DNA from: an uncultured virus (IMG/VR IMGVR_UViG_3300024251_000006)
Taxonomy: Duplodnaviria > Heunggongvirae > Uroviricota > Caudoviricetes
Reading direction: 5' to 3' (one strand)
DNA length: 64,000 nucleotides
IMG/VR virus record: IMGVR_UViG_3300024251_000006
Below the pieces are notes generated by a model, which made no database searches, was not told where the DNA came from, and saw only the letters and a list, made by a program, of their open reading frames with translations. Made by a program: the position numbers and the translations under genes. Shown in pieces: positions 1-9,288 of the stretch. Numbering within the stretch: the stretch's first letter is position 1; every line of letters starts with the position of its first letter.

Positions 1-447
1 ACCTTCCTCAAGACCTTCACCATGTGCGATGGAGTGGATTGCCGTCCTCCCGGCCGTACCTTCTGGTTCAAGTACGAGGGTCCCGACAAGGTACGCAAGT
101 GGAACCGTCTCGGCCCCACCGGCCAAATCGTCCCTCTCGCCACTTGGGAACAGGTCGGCAAGTTCGACGAAGTGGAAGGCATCTTCTACGACGGCGAGTA
201 TCCTTCAGAATGTTTCCGGTGCAAGCTGCCTCCGGTCTACGCCGTGACCAACTTCCCGTACATCCATCTGCACAACCAGTCCATGAATCCCTGGGGCGAT
301 CCAGCTCCCAACGGATTCGGCAACACTGGCGCGGCGTACGAGCGGCGTTATCACGCAGACTGGCCGGGCTTCTGGGGCGGAGATTGGGAAGAAAAGTGGA
401 AGGATGAGCATGAAGATCTTGTATCTGTCCAGTGCAAGCGGAGCTGA
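1..447 (+). CDS. 5'-truncated probable GT2-like glycosyltransferase (C-terminal part)
   Basis: Frame is open from base 1. WEQVGKFDE...FYDGEY resembles the vGgFDE motif of GT-A/GT2 enzymes. Lies within the glyco cluster. Confidence 0.4.
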   Translation, partial: TFLKTFTMCDGVDCRPPGRTFWFKYEGPDKVRKWNRLGPTGQIVPLATWEQVGKFDEVEGIFYDGEYPSECFRCKLPPVYAVTNFPYIHLHNQSMNPWGDPAPNGFGNTGAAYERRYHADWPGFWGGDWEEKWKDEHEDLVSVQCKRS

Positions 448-1255
448 CTATCAGTGCGACATGATCTTCCACGGTTTGCGCTCGCTATTGGGACCAGATT
501 GTGTCGACGTCAACAAGCTCGACTTCATGTACCAAGGCTGGCCTCATCCGCCGTTCTATTCCATCTACGCTCTCTTGCCCAACATTGAAGTGGACCGCGA
601 AGATATTCAATCCAAGATCTCCCGCCACTACTTCGACCTCATCGTCTACGGCTCCGTACAGCGCCACCGCCAGCATTTTGAATTGGTACGCACGCTCTAT
701 CCCACCGACCGTATCGTATTCATCGATGGAGAGGATGATCAGTCCACGGTAGACTTCGTCGGCGCTGGCATCTACTTTAAGCGCGAACTAACCGACCAGC
801 ACCATCCCGATATCAAGCCTATCCAGTTCTGCATTCCCAAGGAGAAGATACGCTCAGGCCCGTTCCATAAGACTCGCCTGATGTCTCCGCTCATCCCCGG
901 CGACTACTCCACCTACGTCTACTACGGCGACGAGTCCAAGTATTACGACCAATACAGCGAGAGCTACTTTGCCAAGACGCGCAAGAAGGGTGGCTGGGAC
1001 TGCTGCCGGCACTACGAGATTATGGCGGCTGGAGCTATCCCTTACTTCGATGATCTCGAGAACTGTCCATCCAAGACTCTATTCAGGATGCCTAAATCAG
1101 CCTTGCTTGCTGGCCGCCAACTTCACGATAGAGGATTTAGTGATGGCAGTTCAGAGTGGAGTGAAATCTTTGATCAGGTACAAGTTGCTTTAATGAACGA
1201 CCTGACCACCGAAGCCATGGCCAAATACATCCTCGACACCGTCGGTATATCATGA
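410..1255 (+). CDS. Putative glycosyltransferase (GT-B/exostosin-like)
   Basis: KKGGWDCCRHYEIMAAGAIPYF, FIDGED and YFKREL motifs typical of viral glycosyltransferase-like proteins. Confidence 0.6.
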   Translation: MKILYLSSASGADYQCDMIFHGLRSLLGPDCVDVNKLDFMYQGWPHPPFYSIYALLPNIEVDREDIQSKISRHYFDLIVYGSVQRHRQHFELVRTLYPTDRIVFIDGEDDQSTVDFVGAGIYFKRELTDQHHPDIKPIQFCIPKEKIRSGPFHKTRLMSPLIPGDYSTYVYYGDESKYYDQYSESYFAKTRKKGGWDCCRHYEIMAAGAIPYFDDLENCPSKTLFRMPKSALLAGRQLHDRGFSDGSSEWSEIFDQVQVALMNDLTTEAMAKYILDTVGIS

Positions 1256-1782
1256 ACATTGAACGAGCTTTAGCTATTGATGGCTGGATGGAGGAAAAAG
1301 AACTTGTCTGGCTCGCCCGAGAAGCCGCTCTCCATACCGACATTGTTGAAATCGGCTGTTGGATGGGCCGTTCTACTCGTGCTCTTGCCGATCACGCTGC
1401 TGGCACTATTTGGGCGGTGGATACGTGGAACGGTAGTGAAGAGCATCAATCGGCGCTAGTTGACAAGCATCCCGACTGGCTCTATCAGCAATTCTGCGCC
1501 AACTTGCAGGACCGTATTGCCAGCCTGAAAGTTGTTCCAATCCGCATGGAATCCATCAAGGCGGCATCGTTGCTCGGTAAGAACTCATTCGACATGGTAT
1601 TCATCGACGCCAGTCACGACTTTGAGGCGGTCTCCGCCGACATCCAAGCTTGGAAGCCGCTCATCCGTTCAGGTGGTATCATCTGCGGACATGACCGCGG
1701 CTATCCTCCGGTAGCACAAGCAGTGGCAACGCACGTAGGCGAAGTCGGCGGCGATACGGATATCTGGGTGAAACAACTATGA
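1252..1782 (+). CDS. Class I SAM-dependent methyltransferase (Methyltransf_24-like)
   Basis: VEIGCWMGRS, AVDTW, FDMVFIDASH, GGIICGHD. Confidence 0.85.
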   Translation: MNIERALAIDGWMEEKELVWLAREAALHTDIVEIGCWMGRSTRALADHAAGTIWAVDTWNGSEEHQSALVDKHPDWLYQQFCANLQDRIASLKVVPIRMESIKAASLLGKNSFDMVFIDASHDFEAVSADIQAWKPLIRSGGIICGHDRGYPPVAQAVATHVGEVGGDTDIWVKQL

Positions 1783-2786
1783 GATGCTGCGTGACCGGCG
1801 GGGCCGGAATGATAGGAAGCCATGTCGTAGACCATCTTATTGCTGCTGGCCATGAGGTCGCAGTGCTCGACGACTTCTCAGGAGGCTTCGTTGAAAACAT
1901 CAACCAGAAAGCCCGCATCTATTCCGGCACCATCACGAACGGAAAGGTCGTTGATCAGATCTTTGACAACTGCCAGTTCGACTACGTTTTTCACCTCGCT
2001 GCGTACGCTGCAGAAGGACTATCCCACTTCATACGCCACTTTAATTACACAAACAACGTGCTTGGTTCAGTTAATCTTATCAATGCCTCCATACGGCACG
2101 AAGTCAAGTGCTTCGTATTCACCTCGTCTATAGCGGTTTACGGCTCAGGTCAAACGCCGTTCACGGAGGACATGACGCCTGCGCCAGAAGATCCTTACGG
2201 CATCGCCAAGTATGCCGTAGAGATGGACCTAGCCGCCGCCAACCGTCAATTCGGTCTGCCGTATATCATCTTCCGTCCGCACAACGTCTACGGCGAGCGG
2301 CAGAATATTGGCGATCCTTACCGCAACGTGATTGGTATCTGGATGAATCAGATCATGCAGGGCCAGCCTTGCACCGTATTCGGTGACGGTTGTCAGACTA
2401 GAGCTTTCACGCACATCGACGATGTGGCACCTATCATCGCCAAGTCGGCATTCGATCCCGGGCTGTACGGCGAAACCTTCAACGTCGGCGCATCCACGCC
2501 GTACACGGTCAACGCTCTGCTGGAATTAGTCCAAGTAGCCATGGACGCTGATACCGGAGTCAAGCACCTGCCGCCGCGCAATGAAGTGGTGCACGCTTTC
2601 AGTTCGCACGAGAAACTCAGTGAATGGTTCCCCGGCAGGAACGTCGAGTTGATTACCGGCCTCACACGAATGGCTGAATGGGCCAAGAAGCATGGTGCCC
2701 GCACGAGCAAGCCCTTCACTAAACTGGAACTGGAGAAAGGCCTGCCACCGTCGTGGAGCAAGGCGAGGGAGCATGCGCTATGCTGA
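1779..2786 (+). CDS. NAD-dependent nucleotide-sugar epimerase/dehydratase (extended SDR)
   Basis: TGGAGMIG Rossmann motif, HLAA, TSSIAVYG, catalytic YGIAK, RPHNVYG, RAFTHIDD. Confidence 0.92.
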   Translation: MRCCVTGGAGMIGSHVVDHLIAAGHEVAVLDDFSGGFVENINQKARIYSGTITNGKVVDQIFDNCQFDYVFHLAAYAAEGLSHFIRHFNYTNNVLGSVNLINASIRHEVKCFVFTSSIAVYGSGQTPFTEDMTPAPEDPYGIAKYAVEMDLAAANRQFGLPYIIFRPHNVYGERQNIGDPYRNVIGIWMNQIMQGQPCTVFGDGCQTRAFTHIDDVAPIIAKSAFDPGLYGETFNVGASTPYTVNALLELVQVAMDADTGVKHLPPRNEVVHAFSSHEKLSEWFPGRNVELITGLTRMAEWAKKHGARTSKPFTKLELEKGLPPSWSKAREHALC

Positions 2787-3427
2787 AGCTATACACAGCT
2801 CCGATATTCCAAGGAAATCTGATTGATTGTGCAAAGTTGATTCGGGAGTCGTATCCACTGTCAAAGTATGATCACCGTGAGGCGCTTCCCGCTGCAGGAA
2901 CTGCTGATTATTACTATACGGAAGAGTTCCGCATCGGCTATGCCGCATTCAAGCGCGAAGTAGCGGCGGCTCTCAAGCCTGAATCCATTATAGAAATTGG
3001 CGTCGGCATTGGTGTTAGTGCTCTAGCCTTCCTAGACGGTGCGCCACACGCCACCTACGTCGGCATTGATAACGACTGCGAATCCAACCGCGACTTCCCG
3101 GTCACTCCATCCACTTTTGTCAGCAACCTGCTCGGCGACCGTGGCAAGATCTGGCTCAAGGATAGCACCAAGATCGACCGCCTGCCGCAAGTGGATCTCA
3201 TCCACGTAGACGGCGCACACGACTACGACTCCTGCTATCTCGACGTGCTGCTGGCATGGCGCTCCAATGCCCGCTGGATCCTGGTGGACGATGCCAGAGA
3301 TTCGGTGGTGGCCGCAGCCACGATGGATGCTCTCAGATTTAAGTCTCCCGGATCGGTAGACTGGGCATACTTTGAGGATACTTGGACGGGAAACATTCTC
3401 ATCTCGCGTGTAAAGGAAAGACCATGA
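2780..3427 (+). CDS. Class I SAM-dependent methyltransferase
   Basis: IEIGVGIG, GIDND, DLIHVDGAH, LVDD. Confidence 0.8.
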   Translation: MLKLYTAPIFQGNLIDCAKLIRESYPLSKYDHREALPAAGTADYYYTEEFRIGYAAFKREVAAALKPESIIEIGVGIGVSALAFLDGAPHATYVGIDNDCESNRDFPVTPSTFVSNLLGDRGKIWLKDSTKIDRLPQVDLIHVDGAHDYDSCYLDVLLAWRSNARWILVDDARDSVVAAATMDALRFKSPGSVDWAYFEDTWTGNILISRVKERP

Positions 3428-4422
3428 AGTTCATATTACCAACTGGTATAGGCGATAGTGTTTGGGGACTTCATAAGTGTCAAGCCATCCGTGACGCCAA
3501 GGATCCTAACGGTCCCATAGAAATCTACCTCGTTGGCGCCGACACCGGCATCGACTCCCGCGCTCTCGACTTCGTGCGCCGCTTCGACTTCGTCAACCAC
3601 TCTGCTATGAAGTCCATAGCTCTACATGCTGGTTCCATGTTCCGTCCTGATGGCACGTATAACTACATCGAAGACGGCTGGTACGAGTTCGATGGTGCCG
3701 GCACGGAAAAGTATTGCGTGCTCATTCCCAACGCCGCACTCGAGCACGGCATCCGCTTAGAGGACTGGCTGCCGCATTATGAGATCAACTGGAACATCTG
3801 GCGGCACTTCAAGATCGACTACATCGAACGGGTGCACGCTCAGGAAGTGTACGATCAGATCGGCCCATTCTGCGTGTTCTATCCCGGGCCGCTCAACGGC
3901 AACACTCGTGACGGTCACAACCGCAACGCCATCTGGAAGCCGCAGGACTGGGTGGAACTGGGACGGCGCATCCATAAGGAATTCGGACTACACATCCTGG
4001 TGGTTGGAGCGCATTACGACGCTTCCTACTTCGATATGCTACTGGAGCCGGAACTGGGCCACGAGAAGTCCTACTGGACCTCGGTGATTGGCAAGACCAA
4101 CCTGGGTGAACTGTGGGCGCTGACTAGCATATCCAAGTTCGTTATCAGCTACCAAGCCGGGGTCGGCATCATCAGCACCTATCTAGGCACTCCCACCGGC
4201 ATCTTCTGGCGCCAGCATGGCGACTCGATCAACCCTCACGTGCTGCTGACCTTTGATGAGAAGATGGCCAGCGCATGGGTGCCACCAGCTATCCTCAAAG
4301 CCGGTACACATTTACCGCTTTATTATGGGAAATCTAGTGTAGACTCCATCCTGAACGAGATTCGTCAACGAGGGTGGCATGAAGCGCCTGCTCATTCTGT
4401 CGCTGCTCCTGCTGGGATTTAG
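3424..4422 (+). CDS. GT9/heptosyltransferase-like glycosyltransferase
   Basis: N-terminal GIGD, WKPQDWVEL, IGKTNLGEL, and a SYQAGVG variant of the DSG motif. Confidence 0.65.
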   Translation: MKFILPTGIGDSVWGLHKCQAIRDAKDPNGPIEIYLVGADTGIDSRALDFVRRFDFVNHSAMKSIALHAGSMFRPDGTYNYIEDGWYEFDGAGTEKYCVLIPNAALEHGIRLEDWLPHYEINWNIWRHFKIDYIERVHAQEVYDQIGPFCVFYPGPLNGNTRDGHNRNAIWKPQDWVELGRRIHKEFGLHILVVGAHYDASYFDMLLEPELGHEKSYWTSVIGKTNLGELWALTSISKFVISYQAGVGIISTYLGTPTGIFWRQHGDSINPHVLLTFDEKMASAWVPPAILKAGTHLPLYYGKSSVDSILNEIRQRGWHEAPAHSVAAPAGI

Positions 4423-5404
4423 CTCAACTGTATACGCAAGGGATTCTGTCAAAGGGTGGTGTGAAGAGGGCAATCGGCCGGTTGTGACCTCGGGCCTCAA
4501 TAGCACAACTCGCGTTCAAGCCTCGCATCCATCTTGCACCATCACGGTTTATGTCCACGGAGCTGGCCTCGCTACCATCTACGCCGACAACAACAACACC
4601 CCTCTCGCCAATCCTTTCACGGCTCAATCTGGTGGCAGGTGGCAGGCATACGCCAACGATGGCCGCTACGACGTGACGATGAGTTCTGCTGGATTTAGCC
4701 AGACAGTGACCTACAGCGATATCATCTTGTGCGATCCTTTCGTTCCCGGGGCAATCTGCGCAGGTGGCAGTGGCGGTAACGCTCATAATCTTCTCTCAAC
4801 CACGCATCTTGATACGGTGCCATTCTCTCCTCCGGTTCAGGGTGATATCATTACCGCGCAGACAACCGCTTCTCCCACTGGCATTACTCCAGCTTGGTCG
4901 AGACTCGCGCTCGGCACTAACGGCCAGGTACTCACCTCCAACGGAACGGACGCCATCTGGAGCACTCCGGCAGCCGGTGGCAGCATCACTATCAACGGTT
5001 CTACCTGTACGGTAGGCAACACCTGCAACTCCGGACACCACGGCCTAGAATTCACTATCTACAATGGTGGCACGGCGCTGACTTCCGGCACTACGGTGGC
5101 GTCTTACGCGCTCATGGCCACGATACCCTTTGCCTGCACCATCAACCGTTACAGCCTCGCTGCCGACCAAGGAACTGCCACGGTAAAGTTTTGGAAGGTG
5201 GCAACTGGCACGGCTATCCCCGCCGTCGGCAACTCCATCAACACCAGCGGCGTATCGCTCGCAACTGGTACCAAGATTGATTCCACGACGCTCTCTGACT
5301 TCACCACCACCGCCATCGCGCTAAACGACAGCATCATCATGGACATTACAGCAGTTGCAGGCGGCATGACCTATCTCGACGGAGTGCTCGGATGCTCAGA
5401 GTAA
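4379..5404 (+). CDS. Tail fibre/tailspike-like protein with predicted Sec signal peptide
   Basis: MKRLLILSLLLLGFSSTVYA signal, followed by ATIYADNNNTPLANPFTAQSGGRWQAYANDGRYDV, which resembles podovirus fibre virion-anchoring N-domains. LALGTNGQVLTSNGT is a fibre-type repeat. Confidence 0.65.
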   Translation: MKRLLILSLLLLGFSSTVYARDSVKGWCEEGNRPVVTSGLNSTTRVQASHPSCTITVYVHGAGLATIYADNNNTPLANPFTAQSGGRWQAYANDGRYDVTMSSAGFSQTVTYSDIILCDPFVPGAICAGGSGGNAHNLLSTTHLDTVPFSPPVQGDIITAQTTASPTGITPAWSRLALGTNGQVLTSNGTDAIWSTPAAGGSITINGSTCTVGNTCNSGHHGLEFTIYNGGTALTSGTTVASYALMATIPFACTINRYSLAADQGTATVKFWKVATGTAIPAVGNSINTSGVSLATGTKIDSTTLSDFTTTAIALNDSIIMDITAVAGGMTYLDGVLGCSE

Positions 5405-6798
5405 AGTGGCTGCTGCCGCTGATAATTCTGGTCCTGGCTCCGTGCGCTCAGTCGGCCACCAGACCTTACTGGACCAACCGTTGCGCCAGTCCGCGGTCTA
5501 ACTTCAACGTGGTTTCGTCCATTACCTGCACTCTATCCAACACGGTAGCCGGACGAACCATCATCGTGGACGCTTCGAGCGCCTCAACCTCAATAAGCAT
5601 CATCATCTCCTCGGAATCGCTGACCTGTCCCGCGGCGGCTGTCGGAGGCTCAGCCGGCGTCTCCGTTATAACCAAGAAGTGCTACATCGTTCCGGCCTCC
5701 AATCACGCTAGCTTGACCTTCACCATGACGGCTGTCGGTGGATTCGCGCAAGCCTACTTTGTGGGAGCGCGGGAATATGTTGGCTTAGGCGCATTTGATA
5801 CTGCGTGTGCCAGCGGTGCGGGACCAGCCTCTTCTTGCTCGCTCACTACGGCCAACGCCGGCGAATGGCTTGACGTTCTTGGCTCGGACGATTGCAACGA
5901 CTTGGTGCCCCAAACCGGCTTCTTCCAGCAACAGTATGGCACTGCAAATTCCGGCACCAGCAGCCAGTTTGTGCGCACCGCCAACTGGTACATGATTACC
6001 GGCACCGCTGGCAGCTACACCGCTCAATACACCATCACCAACTCGTTGCCTGAATCAAGCGTGGCGGCCCTGGCGTTTCAGGTCAGCAGCCCTCCGGCAC
6101 TACCATCGGTCGTGGTGGTCCAAAGCTGCACCTTCGCCTATCCAGACACCACGCGAAGTTCTATCGCTTGTCCGCTACACAACTATACGGCCAACGATGT
6201 CGTGGTCTTTCCATTCACCTCACATATTGAAGTTGCACCCATGGGAGCGTGCTCTGGCCCCAACTGCGCTTGCCCAGCCAACGCCACTGTATTCAACGTT
6301 TACAATCCTCCTGCTCCGGGTGTCAGTTACGGTACCGGCGTGTGCTACGGTTTTGACTCGGTGGACACGGCTATCACTGCGTGGGGACCGCAAACGCACT
6401 TTGGCTCGGGACAATCGCTATTGGAAATGGAAACTTTTGAACTCTCTGGCGTCCTCAATTCGGTAGACGTAGGCTCAGAAGCCGGGGCTGCCGCTCTCAC
6501 CGTAAACTACACCACTATCTCCGACAACGAGTACACGGTAACCTCATGCTTCGATAACGCCGCCAATCCGCTCATCTCCACGGCTCCGGCCATCCAATCT
6601 GGCGGTGGCAACGACCACGACAGCTCGTTCCTACAGACTCAGCAGACGGTGACCACGCAGGTTACTCCCACCGCTGGCAGCGGCCATACCACAGCGTGCA
6701 CGGAAACAGGTAGTTCTGTTCCATTGATTGCTACATTATCTTTTGGCATCATTGCGTCACCAAGTTCAGGACATCGTAAACAGGCTCAGATCTTCTAG
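5392..6798 (+). CDS. Secreted Ser/Thr/Cys-rich beta-sandwich protein (putative virion appendage)
   Basis: Hydrophobic signal ending AQSA, about 15 Cys, two similar halves joined by a Pro linker. Confidence 0.55.
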   Translation: MLRVKWLLPLIILVLAPCAQSATRPYWTNRCASPRSNFNVVSSITCTLSNTVAGRTIIVDASSASTSISIIISSESLTCPAAAVGGSAGVSVITKKCYIVPASNHASLTFTMTAVGGFAQAYFVGAREYVGLGAFDTACASGAGPASSCSLTTANAGEWLDVLGSDDCNDLVPQTGFFQQQYGTANSGTSSQFVRTANWYMITGTAGSYTAQYTITNSLPESSVAALAFQVSSPPALPSVVVVQSCTFAYPDTTRSSIACPLHNYTANDVVVFPFTSHIEVAPMGACSGPNCACPANATVFNVYNPPAPGVSYGTGVCYGFDSVDTAITAWGPQTHFGSGQSLLEMETFELSGVLNSVDVGSEAGAAALTVNYTTISDNEYTVTSCFDNAANPLISTAPAIQSGGGNDHDSSFLQTQQTVTTQVTPTAGSGHTTACTETGSSVPLIATLSFGIIASPSSGHRKQAQIF

Positions 6799-6806
6799 GA
6801 GGAATC

Positions 6807-7049
6807 ATGCGAGACAAATCTTATGCGAGTGAAGCGGCCAACGCCCGGGTCTTTGGCGCTACGCGGCTGCACTGCGACAGTTACAAGGACGATCTTTACA
6901 GCGAGGACGACTACTACGAGACTGGCGGCGGCTTGACTGAACGCGTTATGGGCCGTGGCCACGTCACCGACTCGCAGTCCGAGCGCTTCAACAAGTGCTT
7001 GCGCACAGGCCAGCACGGCGAACGCATCCGATTCAGAATAGAGGACTAA
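6807..7049 (+). CDS. Hypothetical protein
   Basis: AGGAGG RBS; packed in the operon. Confidence 0.6.
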   Translation: MRDKSYASEAANARVFGATRLHCDSYKDDLYSEDDYYETGGGLTERVMGRGHVTDSQSERFNKCLRTGQHGERIRFRIED

Positions 7050-7050
7050 T

Positions 7051-7266
7051 ATGGCAATGCTCAAGGTATATCGCGGCCCGTCTATCGAGTCGCAATCGAA
7101 GGACTTTGGCACGCCCAAGTCCGATCCGGCCGCTCTGGGCGGTACCGGCGCATTTGGAATGAATATCAGCGCATCCAAGGTTGGCGCACCGCACAAAAGG
7201 GGTGTGAAGACGCTGGGATCGAAGGCGTTGAAGCCGAAGGCTGCTGGCACAAAGGCAGGGTACTGA
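7051..7266 (+). CDS. Small Lys/Gly-rich basic protein
   Basis: GAGGA RBS; basic composition. Confidence 0.6.
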   Translation: MAMLKVYRGPSIESQSKDFGTPKSDPAALGGTGAFGMNISASKVGAPHKRGVKTLGSKALKPKAAGTKAGY

Positions 7267-7267
7267 T

Positions 7268-7468
7268 ATGGCTGAGAAGTGGATTCAAGGCGCTCGCGAG
7301 AAGATGGAAGAGAAGGGCTCTGTCGGCTCTTTCGGCAAGGCCACCAAGTCGCACATTGCCGCTGCCAAGAAGGAAGGTGGCGTCGAGAAGAAGAAGGCCG
7401 TGTTTGCCGAGAACATGAAGAAGATTGCGGCTAAGCATAAGCATCATGGAAAATCTGGGAGTAAGTAA
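7268..7468 (+). CDS. Small Lys-rich basic protein
   Basis: MAEKWIQGA...KKKAVFAENMKK, a type of small basic protein seen in phage virion modules. Confidence 0.65.
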   Translation: MAEKWIQGAREKMEEKGSVGSFGKATKSHIAAAKKEGGVEKKKAVFAENMKKIAAKHKHHGKSGSK

Positions 7469-7638
7469 TGCCCTACGATGAGGTGATGCACAAGTTCAAA
7501 GAGGGTGAGCTTCACAGCGGCTCCAAGTCTGGCCCCAAGGTTGCCAATCGCAAGCAGGCCATCGCCATCATGTTGAGCGAGAAACGCGCCGCGAAAGCTG
7601 GCAAGAGCGAGTATAAGAAACGTGGTGGCAAAAAGTGA
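7468..7638 (+). CDS. DUF6496-like small basic protein (56 aa; not in the ORF track)
   Basis: Translated by hand: MPYDEVMHKFKEGELHSGSKSGPKVANRKQAIAIMLSEKRAAKAGKSEYKKRGGKK; TAATG coupling to the upstream gene. Confidence 0.7.
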   Translation: MPYDEVMHKFKEGELHSGSKSGPKVANRKQAIAIMLSEKRAAKAGKSEYKKRGGKK

Positions 7639-7847
7639 GCTGGGACGGCTTCCTTGGATCGCTTGAGACTGACGGCGGCAAGCTGCTGGTGCTGCTGACC
7701 ATGCTAATGTTCCTGCTTGGAGCAGCGATGGTGATGGTCATGACCGGACACACGCCACAGGAAGCGGGCCGCCAGATGCTGGTAGGCGCGGTCTCATCTT
7801 TGCTGGGCATTCTGTACGGGTATCTAAAATCGTCAGGGAAGACTTAA
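7635..7847 (+). CDS. Small two-TM membrane protein (holin-like)
   Basis: Two hydrophobic segments and a basic C-terminus. Confidence 0.5.
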   Translation: MSWDGFLGSLETDGGKLLVLLTMLMFLLGAAMVMVMTGHTPQEAGRQMLVGAVSSLLGILYGYLKSSGKT

Positions 7848-7851
7848 GTGA

Positions 7852-9288
7852 ATGGCAACGCAAGCGCTACCGTATGCCTACATCTCGCTGGGAACACTGA
7901 GGCAACAGTTAGCCAACCGTCTCTACGACGGATTCATGGTGTTCTGGAGTTCAGCGGAACTTACGGCTTACATTCAGGAAGCGTTGCGGACCTGGAACGC
8001 ACTCACCGGCTACTGGAGGGGCGACTTCACGGTCCCCACCGTCTCCTTGACTACCTGGTACGACATTCCATCACTTACTAATACTCTCCGGCCGTACACC
8101 ACCACCGACCAGGACGTCTACTCGCTCATCTTCTATCATCTGCTCGAACCTATCACCGGTGTAGTCTCAGCCCAATATACCAACGACGATATTGTAAACG
8201 CAGTCCAGCGGAGGCGCGATGAGCTACTCTCAATCACGAGCTGTACGCAAACTGTCCGAACGGTTGGCGCTGTCGCAGGAAGAATTACGCTCCCTGACAC
8301 CGTCATCGACGTCCGGCGGATGGCCTATCTCCCAACTGAGTCGGTGCTTACGGGCAAAGGTTATGGCACTGGCCGCTACGGATTTGGTATCTATGGAAGA
8401 TCGGCGCAAGCGCAAATCGACATCCCTGCCCCGACTGTGCTGTGGCCGGAAGATACGTTCGCTGAACAGTCCTACGACGCCCTCTACACCTTGAATCAGG
8501 CTGGCACGCCGGGATTGCCGTCGACGTATCTGCTTTCGACGCAGCCGCCGTTGTCGTTTGATACCAACTGTCCACCGTCGTTTGCAGGAAGCTACGAGTT
8601 GCTGACAGTGGAGGCTGGTGGGACGCTAACCTTCGGCACGCCATCGAACTTTACGATACCGGATGATTGGATTCCAGCCATCAAGTGGGGAGCGCTGGCG
8701 GACTTGTTCTCAAGAGAGTCTAACGCGCAGGATCCGCTACGGGCGCAGTATTGCGAGCAACGCTATCGCCAGTTGTGTGCCATCCTGCGGGATTCGGCTC
8801 CGGCGTTGCTGGCCATGCGGGTGAACAATGTTCCGGCGCAGGTAAGCTCGGTGCGTGGCGCTGATCTTTACAACACGCTGTGGGAAGGTGCTGACCCAGG
8901 CGTACCACGATCGGTAAGCTACGCGGGCTTGAATCTCTTCGCACTCAATCCTCCGGCTGACGCTGGCATCAACGGCGTGCCATACGACCTCACCGTAACC
9001 GTAGTAGAGAATGCTCCGATACCTTTGGCAGACGGCGATATGGTGCAAGTGGCACGAGAAGACCTCGACGCCATTCTCGACTATTGTGTGCACATTAGTA
9101 TGGTCAAGGCTGGCGGTGCAGATTTCATGGCCACCATGCCATTATTCCAGCGCTTCATGAAGGCTGCGACACTCTATAACCGCAAGCTCAGTGAGTTCGG
9201 CGAGTATACCGATACACTCATGGGCATGGCGGTGAGAGAGCGCAACCTGAATCCGGTGCAGCAGCCGGTTGGTGATGACGATGCCTAA
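7852..9288 (+). CDS. Head-tail adaptor / tail tubular protein
   Basis: LRQQLANRL..FWSSAELTAYIQEA adaptor-type N-terminus, apparently duplicated internally; lies directly before the nozzle gene. Confidence 0.55.
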   Translation: MATQALPYAYISLGTLRQQLANRLYDGFMVFWSSAELTAYIQEALRTWNALTGYWRGDFTVPTVSLTTWYDIPSLTNTLRPYTTTDQDVYSLIFYHLLEPITGVVSAQYTNDDIVNAVQRRRDELLSITSCTQTVRTVGAVAGRITLPDTVIDVRRMAYLPTESVLTGKGYGTGRYGFGIYGRSAQAQIDIPAPTVLWPEDTFAEQSYDALYTLNQAGTPGLPSTYLLSTQPPLSFDTNCPPSFAGSYELLTVEAGGTLTFGTPSNFTIPDDWIPAIKWGALADLFSRESNAQDPLRAQYCEQRYRQLCAILRDSAPALLAMRVNNVPAQVSSVRGADLYNTLWEGADPGVPRSVSYAGLNLFALNPPADAGINGVPYDLTVTVVENAPIPLADGDMVQVAREDLDAILDYCVHISMVKAGGADFMATMPLFQRFMKAATLYNRKLSEFGEYTDTLMGMAVRERNLNPVQQPVGDDDA

